Assembly: GCF_000181795.1 (NCBI RefSeq)
Contig: NW_003526945.1
Location: 3,336,305 to 3,400,304, forward strand
DNA: 64,000 nt
Direction: 5' to 3'
Origin: Trichinella spiralis
Taxonomy: Eukaryota
Part shown: positions 11,588 through 25,343 of the stretch, piece by piece
How positions within the stretch are numbered: the first letter of the stretch is position 1
Layout of the letters: every line of letters begins with the position of its first letter
Made by a program: the position numbers and the translations under genes
Notes under the pieces: model-generated
The model's input: only the letters and a program-made list of their open reading frames with translations
What the model was told of the DNA's origin: nothing
Database searches by the model: none

Positions 11588-13403
11588 ATGCTGCACCAAC
11601 AACAACAGCTGTTGTTGGACGTGCTTGAAGAGGGCAACTTGTCCAAAGCGGGCGACCTGTTCGCCATTGCCGACTGGGATATTGTTACCGTTTTGCCCGG
11701 TGCTTTGCCAAAATTGAAACAGCTCATCGCCAATCCTACATACCTAGCCGATGATAGTGAACAAAGTGTGGTCGAAATCACCATTGCACGCATCACATCT
11801 GCAATCAGGTATCAAAATAAAAATTATCACTATTATTTTCTGATAATTTTCCTCTTATTTTTGCCAGCAGTTTCGTGTTCTTTATTCAATTTAATAGTTT
11901 TCTTCATCAAACATGGCCATTTCACCACGTCATCACCATCTTTTACAACGAGTTGTCACTTTTATTCATTTTCTAGTCTTTCTCTTCCAGAGGGGACATT
12001 TATCAAATTTGATATTATTACCAGGCTAAAGAAAATGAGCGCTGATAAATCTTCTTTCTGCATATTATATATATATAGATTGCCTAGAGGAAAATTATTT
12101 CTCATCAAGCTTTTTTTTCAAAGCACATAGACACACACAAACTTGAACAAGAAATTATTCTAAATTCTTGTTCAAAGGGAATGAGAAAGAATGAAAGTAT
12201 TTGTTTTCTGATTTGATTGTTCATCAAAGAAAAAAAAAGAAAGTGAAAATGATAAACAGATTTCATCTTTCATCATCATCAAATCAAATGGGAAATTAAA
12301 CACAAAAAAATCTCTGCTTTTCTTCTTTTTCTTCTTCTTTTTCTATTCACTTTCAATAAATACAATGTGCTAATTATCAAAGCATTTAATTGTGCTTTGG
12401 CAATGAGTAAGCAGGCAACCAAACAAAAAAAATTATATATATATATATATATATATATGGGGTAATGTTATCTGAGAAATTCTGTCAGGGTCGTATTAAT
12501 GCATTTCACATCACGACGGTGTTTTAGAATTTGACGTCGACGTCGTCTATCGGTGTCAATCACTGTTCTAAAGTTTTTAGCAAACAATACCATTTTTGAA
12601 ACATGTCACCACTGTGCTTGTGATGATATTCATTCAGGATATATGCACATTATTGTAGAAATATAATTCCAAATCCAGAATTGTGACACAATTTTTCTTT
12701 GCCCTCTGAACAGGAAAATTATTAATAATTATTAATTATAAATCAAATTCATTTTGAAATTAACATGTAAAAATGAAATTATTCACTTTTTTCTTCAACA
12801 ACTGATAAAAATTTACACTACTTGTTTATCATGTATAATTACAATCAGTTTGAAATTATGAAATATTTAACTTGGGAATATTTTATTTTGCAATATCAAT
12901 ATTGAAGTAATAAAAAATAATTGAAAAATTGTAGATTGAAAGCAATAAAATGAAACAACAGCAACAATTTTTAAAATAAAATTTCAACTTCTTTCAAAAA
13001 TAATGAAACATTATGTTACAAATGCCTTTGTCTGCGTTAGCTTCTATTACGCTTACGGCTATTGATTATTTGTTAAAAAGAATAAAAAAGAAAGAAAGTA
13101 TTCATTCCCAGTAATAGTAATAATAATAGTAATAGTAGTAAAGTTTTATTATTTAGTGACAGCTTGCGAGTAAACAGCAGATGGCTTTTAAAAGCTTCAA
13201 AATGGTTGCCAAAAGTCTGAGTTTGCCTGGCACAGAAAAACTCGGTCAAAGATAAAGAAAGCAAATAATAAATAGTGTATATAGCATGTCAAGCGACAAA
13301 GAACTTATTATTATTATTATTCAAATACACCAATATAAAAAGGAAAGCACAAAATTATTATCACACTAAAATTATTCAACAAACAAATTAACAATCAATT
13401 TGA

Positions 13404-13434
<31 letters not shown>

Positions 13435-16400
13435 TGAACTTGAAAAATTTCTTCCTTTTTTTAGAATAAATAACCACCATTTAATAGACGATGAATTAAC
13501 CGTTTTTCGTCATTGTATTTGTCATTTTAAGCTGTACCGTTAACTGATATAGATATAGTGTTTTAAGTGAGTGATCTTTGAAATTTTCCCTATTTACTCA
13601 ACTGACTGAGCATATTTGTCCAATGTGTTTTTTCTCTTTGTAAAATACAATTCATTTGAACGAAAATTGAATTTTATAAAAAAAATACATTAAAAAAATT
13701 ATCTTTAAAGTTAATCATATTATAATAAAGTTCAATGTGTAACCACCCTTCCTGTCTTAAAAATTATACATTCTCATATCTGGATAGATTCGTCATCATT
13801 TTGTGACTGGAGATTGAATTCAATTTCAGAGAAACAAATTCCATTGAAACGTACGCGCCACATCTGGTCGATTTGCTGCAATATTTGTTGGGATTCAGTT
13901 TCACAAAGTCAAAGAAAACCGGCGGCGACGCTCCTCATGCGAAAATTGCCGCCGACCTACTCAGCTGCCTTTTCCTGGTACATATGAGCCAGATGTTTTA
14001 TTCAATAAATTTATCATTTTGAATAAATTTTTTCCAGCATTACTCGATGAAATCGGTAATGATGCTCACAATTCCAGTTGCCGTTCAAATTTTGAGCAAA
14101 GACTGCGACGATCTGATACGCAGCACCAGCAGCTATTTATCTTTGGCAGCTATTCACAACGAACACACTGTTGGAAGATACGCTTCATCAATCATTCGAA
14201 GCGTTAAACGAGGTAAATTGCAATTCAATTCCACCTCAGGGTACAACTTTTCACGTCATACATACATCGTGCAAAATATGAAAATTCCTTTCATCTGTGG
14301 ATAATGTTTTCCTCTCCCCCTTTTTTTTTCAATTCAGGAAATTTCTATTTAATTCGTATACTGAATCAAATATACCAAGTGAACAAAGAACCATTTCATG
14401 CAAATTTGAATGGCCTGATGGAACTTTTTGATAAATGTGAACAAGCGGAAAAAGTAACTCTACTACAATTGTGCGCTTCAATTGCATCAACCAAGCCAGA
14501 AGTATAATATTACTTTTTTTCCCCACTTTCTCTTAAAATGATCATTTTCAATTCGACAAATTGAATGGCAATTCCATTTGAACAGATATTGGTGCCGCAT
14601 TTTTCAAAATTCAAAAGTTGCCTGTCGGAATTTTCCACTTGCTTTGCCGTTTTGGGAATTTATGCAAATTTAATTGAACAAAACATGACCGAACACTTGG
14701 GTGATCATGTGAACGCTTTGAGCAAAGCCGGTGAATTTATCCCATCATCCCAGATGCCAGTTTTGGCTAAAGTTATTGCCAAAATTGGCATTGCACACAA
14801 AGTAATCTTCTTCTTTGTTTTTGTATTTTTGGTTTTGGAAAATATTGCTCCGTCGAAATTATTTTCTTTCAAACTGTTCAATGAAATTATTTCAGCTCTT
14901 TGCTCAAGATATTGCCAATTATTTGATCGTTTTGTGCTACAAAGTTGAGGCAAATTTTCTGCAACCAGTGCTCAACGAATTGGACACTTATTCAGCATCG
15001 TATCCAGCAACAGTTCGCCCCTATGTTCAAGAACTGACGCAGTTGACCAAAGACAAAGCACCCAACGTCAGAGCACTGACTCATCGAATTAGAGCGAATT
15101 GCTGGTAAGTTTTCTTTTTGTTTGAAAAATTCTCTTAAGCCTAGGATTGAGTATAGGATTTGGTTTGTTTTCACGGATGCTTTTACCTAATTGTTTTTTG
15201 TTCATTTGTTCTTCTGGAGAAAAATTCAATATTTTCACATATTTCACCAAAAAAATATCATTACAAACAGATTACAAAGATTACTAGTGTGGTGAATTAT
15301 TTACAGTCAGAGATGTACTAATTCCATTTGAAATATTGAATAGCTAATTTAGTGAAAGTCTTGTGACAGCATTAAAATAATCCTCATAGTTTTGCGTAAA
15401 TAATAAAACTGCCCGTACAATAATAATACAATTTCATTATTCACCAGACATTGTACAGATGATATTTGCAGAGTTGATATCAACAACAGTTACTGTAAAA
15501 TTACTCTTAATTGTATTATACTGTGATAATTCAAAATTAAAATTATACCGTATTTATAATAAGAAATGAAAGGTGTAATTTTTGCTGTTTTTTTTGTTGC
15601 TTACCTTTCGATTTTGCTGGAATCTTTCGCGTTGCTTTTTCCTTTCCGCCATTTCAAAGTAAGCAGCTAACCAACTTTGCAAGTTTAGCTCAGCAAGTGC
15701 TGCGGGTACCAGCTGGAATGCCATCGAGACGACGACAATTGAAAAGCCCTGCCCACCTAAAACAGAAATCTCACAACCAGTTAAAGAGTTCCAAAGTGCG
15801 TGTGGAAATGAACGGTTAAATCAAAATGCCACTCCCGGTTTACCCGTGAGAAATTCATCACGAATCTTCGTCAATGCAAATGAACTGCCATCGTTGTTAC
15901 CTCCGCCACCAACTGGGATGTCAAAGTTAGATATGGATATAAAATTTTTTGCAAAGAGACAAAATGACAAAATTCATTCATCTTCAACTGTATTTTCGTA
16001 TGACAAATTGCTGTTTTTTTTCTTTATTTTAAGAGTTTCTTCACCGAATCGCTACAGTTCTGGGAGATGTGGATTATATTCGTCGACAGAAATTTCACAA
16101 AGTCAAATGACCCGTGTGCAACAGCTGGAAAGGATTCGACAAGAACTGCCAACACCGACACATGTGGATGATTTTGATTTTGAAAATCGAGATAATTCAA
16201 ACTTGCATCATCCGGACAGATTGACAGACAAGGCGAAACGATTGCACGACATCACCGAACCACTGCTCGAAGTGAATCGGAGCAAAAAACGTACCGAAGT
16301 GCAAGGGAAATACGACTGGCGTTCTTGCAAGCTGAAATATACGGGCGCCCAGTCGGTACCCATGTCTCGGAAATTGCGCATCAGTAAAATGACCAGTCGT

Positions 16401-18038
16401 CTGTTGTTCTGTTCAAGCAGCGCTTCGAACAAGCGCGAAGGATTTTTCAGTTCCAAAACCGCTGCCCTTCCTTTAGTCTCTTCCATGGGCACCAAATATT
16501 GTCACAATGTCCACTCTGCAATACCGTTCAATCGGTACAGTCCGGCGGTGTCAGAGCGTCAAAGTATCCCGGCTAATGTTGAGATTCCAAAAAATTTAAC
16601 TCATTTTGGACAGGAAATGGTCGACGCGTGCACTCAGTCGACAAGCATTTTTCAAACAATCATTGCTAACCAAAATGAACACGCTCCCAATGAACCAGTT
16701 CAGTTCGACTTTTCTGCTTTTGCTCTTGCACATCTATCATGTAGATTGCATGAAATGAAATTTATTTGATTATTATTGTAGGTGAACAATTTCAAAAATG
16801 ATGCCATTCGTCAATTCTGTGAAAAGCATATGCCCAAAATTGAGAACTACATCATCGATGTGCGAGCCAAATTCCCGGTTCCATGTCTTTGCACAGTGGA
16901 AGGTGTGCAGTCGGTTTTGTTTGCAACGATGTGTGTAACTGTCCCATTGAGAGGAGTTGTTATTTCAGAACGCGGCCGAAATCAAAGTGTGCGAGTTCAT
17001 TTTTCCTGCCAAGAAAGGGGTATACATTGTTTATACAGCAGCACATTCTTCGTTTTCAAAACAAAGCATCCGAGCTTATGGCTTCACGTGATGTTCCTGC
17101 ATCTACAAGTAAATACGAATTATTATTGCCAACAACAGTTGTGTGCATTAACGATGTTCTGAGTGTTACTTGTTTCAACGTCAATTTTCAATGGCCATCA
17201 TCACTAATAACGCATTTTTTTATGATTAAGGTGCAATCGTCGACAACGCTCAGTCAGTCACAAGAAGCGGTGAAAAAGTTGAAAGCATGTTGGGAATGTT
17301 TGTCGTCGGCTATGTCCAAATCAAAAACGTTTACAGCATTGGTCACCTCTGCCTTTCCTACATTTAAAGTATGAACATTTGTTTTAAAATTCAAAATGAA
17401 AACTCTACATATTATGTTTGTAATATTTCAATTTAAAATAAAACAACTAGAATAAGTACAAATATTGTCATTCAAGTCGACTTTTTCTAGGATCAGCAAA
17501 TATTTTCCAACGAACTGCAGAATGCTCGTTATTTTGATAAATTTGCTTACAATGAAGCCAAAAAGAAATGGTGTTGCTTTGCATGCAATCAGCCAGAGCG
17601 CGTGCAAAATTTTTTGACTCAAACAAATGCACCAGTTATTGAAGTATGTCCTGGAAGATTTCAATTAATATTATTTATTGATTGCAATTAATTACGTAAA
17701 ACTGTTCAACTTACTCTATACAGGGTCAGTTGAAAGAAAAAAGAGGACGTTGGAAATTTCTGAAACGATGGCGAACCAAATATTTCACTTTGTCCAGCGC
17801 ATCACTGTCGTATCAGGGAAATTCGAATGAACCTGAAAATTGGCCATCTATTGAGCTGAGATCAATTCGATCCGTGAAATCTGTACGAAATAACAAAAGA
17901 CGTCGCAGTATTCCAAATGCATTTGAAATTTTCACCGACGACAATTGCTCCTACATGCTGAAAGCTAAAGATGGCAAAAATGCCGAAGAATGGTTTCAAT
18001 GTTTGCAGATTGGCGTTGCTCAAGCTCATCGAGATTGA
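11588..18038 (+). CDS. melt: Melted / VEPH1 ventricular-zone PH-domain protein, multi-exon
   Basis: N-terminus [12 protein letters not shown]...[16 protein letters not shown] splices (11808 to 13830) into ETNSIE. The C-terminal PH domain reads [26 protein letters not shown]...AFEIFTD...[10 protein letters not shown]. Confidence 0.93.
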
Positions 18039-18300
18039 CACACAATTTAAGAATGGCTTGGCAAAAATTACTTTATTTATTATTTCACTTTGCTTACGAA
18101 TCTTACGCCACACTCACTTTTTGCAGTATTTCCGGTTTGCGCATTAACTACGCAATTTGTTTTTCGAGTATTTTAGCTGGTGCACTGCATTTCAACGTTC
18201 CACACTTTTTATTATTATTATTATTCAACTAATTATATATTATTATATATTATATATATATATATTAAAGAAGCGCAACTTCTGTGTTTTGTATAAATAA

Positions 18301-21300
18301 TCATAAATTAAGAATATTTCTCAAGCTCCACCTAACTTTAGTGGAATCCGATTTTCTCGAATATTCATCTTCAGCATCATTTCTTGTTTGAGATGTGAAT
18401 GAATTCCGAACCAACTCCAAAGCTTGGCGAATCTTAAATACTTACTCTGTAGAATAGCAATTTTTCCAATTTCCTTCCAGGCTATTTTACCTCTCGCAAA
18501 CTGACCACACCCACGAGGCTTCCCAGTGAAGTTACATACGCGCTTGTTATACCCAGTTGATTGAACAACATGCTCGCTTGCATCACATTGGTGTTTTCAA
18601 CCAGCTGAAATGGAGCTGGATCCAATATGTCCATGTTTATCTGAACTTTTGAATCAAGTTGCTCCGCTTCCCATTGCCGTCTCTGAAGAATAACGGATCA
18701 TTTTAAATTTCATATAATTCTCAACAACAACAACAACAACAATAGTTTTGATTGATAAGTAAAAACGAAAATTACTTCTTTTCCGACTAAATCAATCACA
18801 GTTTGCTGAACAAACTTTTCAGCTAATGTATTGCTTTTACCAGATAAACCTTGAATCAAATATAAAAAAGAAAAATGATATAAAGAAAATAATGAATTAA
18901 TAATACAAATAAATTATACAGTTGAACAGTGATCGTGTTGTCATCAACGATCTTGCAGCAGCAATTGTGTTCATATTTTCCAAATTTTTCCATTCCCACT
19001 GTTCTGAATGTTGGTCAGACGTATTATTATTATTATTATTTTCCACATTTATCATAAGATCCTGTGTTACTTTTGCGGAACTTTCCTGAACAACAGCATT
19101 TAAACAAATTGAAAAAAAAAATCCATTTTCAACCTGCTGCAATTCATTTGATTTCACTCGAGATACAGTGAAGCGACTTCGTTTTTCAGGTTTCTTCTCT
19201 TCTGCACGGTTCTTGAATTCTTGCAAACGTCTCAGCGCTTCTTGCTTACGAGGTACTACTCCAACTTTTGCGTTCAGCATTTTATCCAATTGACTTCTTT
19301 GAACAGAACCGAGCAAAATCATCGTCGCTAAATGCAACCGATGATGCAAATTAAAATTACACGAAATATTATTTTTCACAATTTTCAAGCAGGATATTTT
19401 TTACGTGTTGTCTTTATTATGATCAAATTAAATATTGTTCTTACTCGAATCTTTTACCAAAGGAAAACATAATACTTTTGGGAGTTCTATAAGCAAATCT
19501 TGAACTTCTCGATAAGTAGCCTCCAGTGTAACATATCGAACGTCCTTCACCATAATTTGTCCAACTTCCAAATTACGAATGCTTAAACAAAACATAAAGC
19601 TATTAATTTCAAACACTCGTCATCATCATATATATTTTTTTTATTTAAAATATAATTCATCGAACATTATTTATTCAAATTCATCTTACTGTCGAGGAAT
19701 TCGCTTTTTCACTTTAAAGCACGGCAGACCACTTAACTCGATTATACTAACATAAAGACTGGACTGCACTGATTCACAAATTGAAACCGCAATAAGCACT
19801 GTTAGCTAAAATGGAATAAAAGTTAATAATTACTTCAATGATGATGAGCAAGTACTACTGGCAAAGCTTTGAAAATTGAAAAACGATTTAATATGTTTTA
19901 AAATTCATATACCATTTCCCCCATATCTGAAATAATTCAGTCCATAATATTATTCAGGTTGTCCGATTTCGTCAGCAACAATATTTATAAATTTCTTTTT
20001 ATAACTAAATTAAACAACCCGTCGTCTAGGGTAGTTGTCTACTTACAAGCATAGGTAGCATGTATTGAACTTCGCCTGTTAATTCTAAAGTAACCACAGA
20101 AACTGAAATTGCATGTGTAACTGCTCCAACAAATGCCGCAGCTCCTGCAAAGAAAAGCAAAAGAATACAACTAACTACTGCACTATTTTGTAATCTTTCT
20201 CACCGACAACAGCATATGCACCAGGAATAATGGGACTGACTTCACCATCATTTCGAAGTCCTTCAGGAAAGGCAACTGTCATCGCTTCGCCGAGAAGACG
20301 GCCAAACGCTGCACCTGAAATATTCAAAAGAAAAAAAAAGAACTAACATTTTTCTATCAAATTTTATTAATAAAAAATTATTGATACCAATCACAAAGAC
20401 TGGCATGTACACTCCACATGGTATTGGTAAAGTTAAAATAACGGCCATTATCCATAACTGAAATGATGATGGTAGAAATTAAAAACTCTGACACAAACTT
20501 TAAATCAAAAAAACACACATTACCAAATTCAAAGCATAAAGGGGCAGAACAAGAAATACACTTATTCTATCAATAGACCAGTGCTCGATAAGTCTGCTAT
20601 CGATAGATGTGTAATTTTTTAAATTCCATGACACATTGCTCAACAGTTCAGGAACTGTTTCACTTGGAATTAGCTAAATTCAAAAAAATAATTGAATCAA
20701 TACTTGAATCAATCAATCAATCAATCAGTGTTTCATGAATAAGAACTTACTCCACCTGCAAAATAATGGCCATATCCCATGGGACACATTAGCGACATAA
20801 TTATTATGACAATTATTGCAGAATAACAGACAGGTCTGCAAATGTTTGAACATTAATAAAATCAGAACAATAAACGGTGCATTCAGTTATATAAATATAA
20901 ATATATATATATTGAAAAAATTGCATTAGAATGTGAACATTTTGTCTTTGAAAAGTTCAATTAACATTAACAAAATGCGACCTTTCATGATCAAAAATTG
21001 AATAAAACATCTCACAATTACCTTGAAATATAATAAGTATGATTTTCGATCAACTGAATTGTGTGTGATCAACTCCAGCTCAATGACTCACTCACCTGTC
21101 ATTTAATAGCTTTCGAATTCGCTTGCTCCCTGTAACTTTTTTCATAATCATTCGATGTAGTTGAATAAATAAAATAGCCAAAAAACCGCAAAATATCCTT
21201 AAATAAATTTTTATAAGATTTGTAATTTGTAAAAAAACTTCCATAACTTTTTTGTAAAATAAACTTAAATAGATATTAAAAAATTGTAAAAATAGTGATA

Positions 21301-23064
21301 TATAATTAAATAGCAGCATTAGTAATTAATGAAAACAAGTAATTAAAGTATTCAGAAGAAGAGCAAGATCCGTGATAAAAGTTACAATTACCCAAGCAGT
21401 GCAAAAGCGAAAAGCTCTTTAGGATCAAATGGATAATCTTTCGGGAAATATGTTCGGCTTAGTTCAACCAATGTACCTGTTCAATTGAATCAATTACAAG
21501 AAAAAAAAACTGAATACAGTTATTGTCATATGCCTACTGCTTTCGTGTAACAAGTAGGCTAAGAAGCGAAAAGTTACGGTGCTCGTGACGCTGGCTATAA
21601 ATCCACGCCAGTAGCCTTGAAGTGGAAAGCAGACTGACGTAATTTCAATGCTGAACAGTACGCCTAAACAATTCACTGTTGAACATTCATCATCAACATA
21701 CACATTATTATTAAACAATCATTTAGCAGTTGCTATTTTTAATTAAATTTAGAATTTTTAATCCAAAATAAATTAATTCAATTTGAAAATTTTTTCATAC
21801 CTCCAATTGGTGTTCCAAGAGTGCACGCAATACCAACGGCGCTAGCGGCAGCTAATATTTCATTCGATATTCGATTTTGAACCTTCAAATGAAAGTAAGC
21901 CAAATATAATCGGTGTCGCTTGGGCCAAGTCTTACTTCAGTGTTTTTCAGATGCGAGCCTGCTCTGCTCGCTTTGTTCAGTAGTGTAGCAAGCATCACGG
22001 CAATATGCACAAAAGGATCCTAAACAAATATTAATTATGAAATTCAGTTTAACCATTGTCAGATAAGAAATTTCAAAAATTCATCTACTTCTTTCCCCAG
22101 CGGCAACCCACTACCAAGTATTAAAATCAAGACAACAGTCTTGCATATCAACACTCGACAAGACAAGTATTCTTTCAAATTTAAGCCTCCTAAAATGGTC
22201 TTGATCACTGGAATCCCTGATCCTAAATTGAAAAAAAAGAAACTGAAAATTTTTTGTCATAATAAAAAATTGTAAAATTAAACCAGCTGCTTCTGGACTT
22301 ATGTAATGGCATGCAGCGGTTGATATAGAGATGAAAAGTAACGTGTATATGACCCAAACGACTGGCTGAGCTATCGGATGCAACGCAGCCGCTCGTAAAT
22401 AAAGCCACATGTGCACTAAATAGGAATCAAAATTAATCAATTTCAATAAATTCATCCCAAGTAATACTGCTCATTTTGTGCACATGTATGCTTTTTCATG
22501 ATAAGTATGCTAATTTTATTCAAGTTATCAAGATAATTAAATATTCTTCACGTTCACTGTGAAAGCTGCTCAATCAATCTTTACAACATTACTGGTTAAA
22601 TTAAATAGATAAAGTTATTTATTTTAATATTAATTTAGTATTTCTGGTGCATCATTTTTTCAACGACATCAATGACAACAAAATAAAACAAAAGTTAGAT
22701 TAAATCACCTCACGCTACATTGTAGCAAGAAAGAAAAAAAAATAATCAAGTAAAATTATCAAAATGAGAATAGAAAATTCCAATATACTCACGCATTCTG
22801 AGCTTTTCTGCGCAAAGGTCAATTGTGAAACTCAACGTTCCCATAAAAATTCCCAGAAGAATTAGCTGAATCCAAACTTCTTGCAATTTTTCCATAACAG
22901 CACTCCATAATCCATAATGTCTAGCTGTGAAAATAGCCGAAATTAATGGAATAAAATTTAAAAAGAATGCTTAACACAAAATATATACGATTGCGTTTTG
23001 AAGTTTTAGCTTCGTTCGATTGAAAATCGTCAGTGTTGATTAGAAACAATTCAGCATCCATCAT
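18301..23064 (-). CDS. CLC-family chloride channel, ClC-1/2-like, divergent paralog A, with CBS domains
   Basis: Spliced motifs [57 protein letters not shown] and LVGVVSLRE. Stop at 18301-18303. Confidence 0.9.
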
Positions 23065-25343
23065 TCGTTCAGCTAAAGTATGTAAAGCTACAGCTAAAAG
23101 CTAAAATATCCCCACATTTCTTCTACTTTTTATTTTTCTTCTTTTTTCACCTTACTTTTTATTATTAAACGGTTCAGAATATTCAGTAATAAAATAATGT
23201 TTCTTTAAATTTTAGCAGGCTGCAATAAGCATTGTCAGGTGTGGTTGGAAGTGAAACTTGTTTGAAACGGTGCTATACAACTGGTTTCTTATTGATCAAT
23301 TGCAACGCTAATGGTAAACAAATTATGTAGTTCATTGTTTCTCACCTATCTGAAATTAGATAAGAAATGAATACAATGTTTCCCCATTCATTTCTTCATT
23401 CATTCATTTTTATGCATAATTTAAAAAGCCAACAACAACAACAAGACAAAAATTACTACATCCCTGAAGCATCAAACGGTTGTTGATCGATTCTTTGATT
23501 TGGTAACAGCAATATTTGAAAATAAGTTGAACACCTCTTGTTCGTTTTTAACATTCAAATTTGATATTCAAATATTTGATATTTTGATAAAATATTCATA
23601 TCAGTGTAAAACAGCATATTTGGATTACAAATTTCCACTTTAAAACAATACCAATGATGAAATGTGGAAATTGATCATTTAACAATTGTCCAGTTAATGT
23701 GACACAAAAAAAATTTGCTAATATTAATTAACAGTGTTCATTTTTGTAAAGCGTGGGGTGTGTAACAAGAAAATCATTAAAATCGAATCAGAAAAAAAAC
23801 TGACAGTAATTTACTGTGTTGTTCAACGTGAACACAAAAAATGGTGCCACTGTAGCAGTGGTGCTTGATCTTCATTAATTTGCAAAGTGATCAGTTGTTG
23901 CTGAACGCTTGTCAGTGAAGTGTCGTGTTGATTTACGGTCAGGATGATTTTGAGAAATGGCTGCCAATTTTCCCTACCGCAGAGTATTGGAAAATATTTT
24001 TCTCAACTGACAAGCACTGTACAGTGGAAAAAAGCATAATATACAGCAAACAATTGCCAAGCTTGGCTAGTTGAAATGTTTGTTCACCGACGTTTTCTTA
24101 TCAACGTCGTCTATTCAAATTCTTCTTTTACATTTTTACCAAGTCAACAAAATGTTAAATGTATTTTTTTCGTTTCAAAAAAAATCCATAACCTGACATT
24201 ATTTTTCAATGAAAGAAAATAATAAAAAGAAATGTTTTTTCCCACTTTATCAAATTTGAAATTATTTTTCCTCAATTCTACCACCACCTCTCTGCTATTA
24301 GCTACTACAGTACATCGGTAAAAATAATGATAATAAAGGAAAAAACACCAACAAAATTTTCCAAGCATAAAAGAAATTCATAATTTTTCATCAAAACGTT
24401 CAGCAACAAAGAAAAAGGTTGCAAAATGAGTTTTAATGGCTCTTTCATTTTCCACACTTCTCCTCCATTAAATTGAAAAAGAAATATCCCATTCAAATAA
24501 AGATACAATGTGGAACTTTTTCAGAATAAAAACCAGAATTGTGCAACAATTTTGCAAACAGCACTTGATTGCAAAAAGCAACAACCTGCGTAGTCAAAGC
24601 TGTAGTAGCAATTAAGAATAGAACAGCAGCATTCGACTGTCTGACTTTATGCGAAAAATTCTTCTTCAACCTTCTCTACTTGACCAAGTGAGCAACTTTA
24701 TTTTTTTCTCTCTGTGTTTGCTTGCTGTGAAGTTTGTTTTTTTTCTTGTTCACAGCTAACAAATAGAATAAAAAAATAAACACGAACCTAATGGAATTTT
24801 GTTTTTTTGTTTTCGAAAACAACAAGCGGCTTGTTGATTTTGTTTGTTGTTCGCTATCACAATTACAGTACTACTTGTGAAAAATGAAACATTTTCTCAA
24901 TTGCTTGACTTGGCAATAATAATAGTTCCAGTTTGGAATTGTGAGAGAAATATTCCAAGTCGTTTGATTGATCTGTGCCTTGAGAACATTCTCTCTTCCA
25001 GTCCGAACAGTGTGTACTGCTAAATGGGTTGCTCATTTCATACCACCAACGCCGCCGCCACCGCCACCGCCTCCATTACCGCCGACGGCAGCACAATCGC
25101 TCTTGCAATTTGCTAAACCAAGGCGCGGATTTTCCAGTTTATGCTCGACTAAAATTGTTTTCTCTTTGAAAATCTTGCCACAGCGCGCTTACATTGGAAA
25201 TGCTCTGCAATTGGAAGATCCGACGAGATACAAGTGCAGTTGAGCTGCAAAAATTAGCTAGCTTCTGAAAAATACTGATCCAGCTCGTCGACCTCGACAA
25301 CACCCCAATCTCCAGAACAAGAAACAAACCAACGACATTGCAA

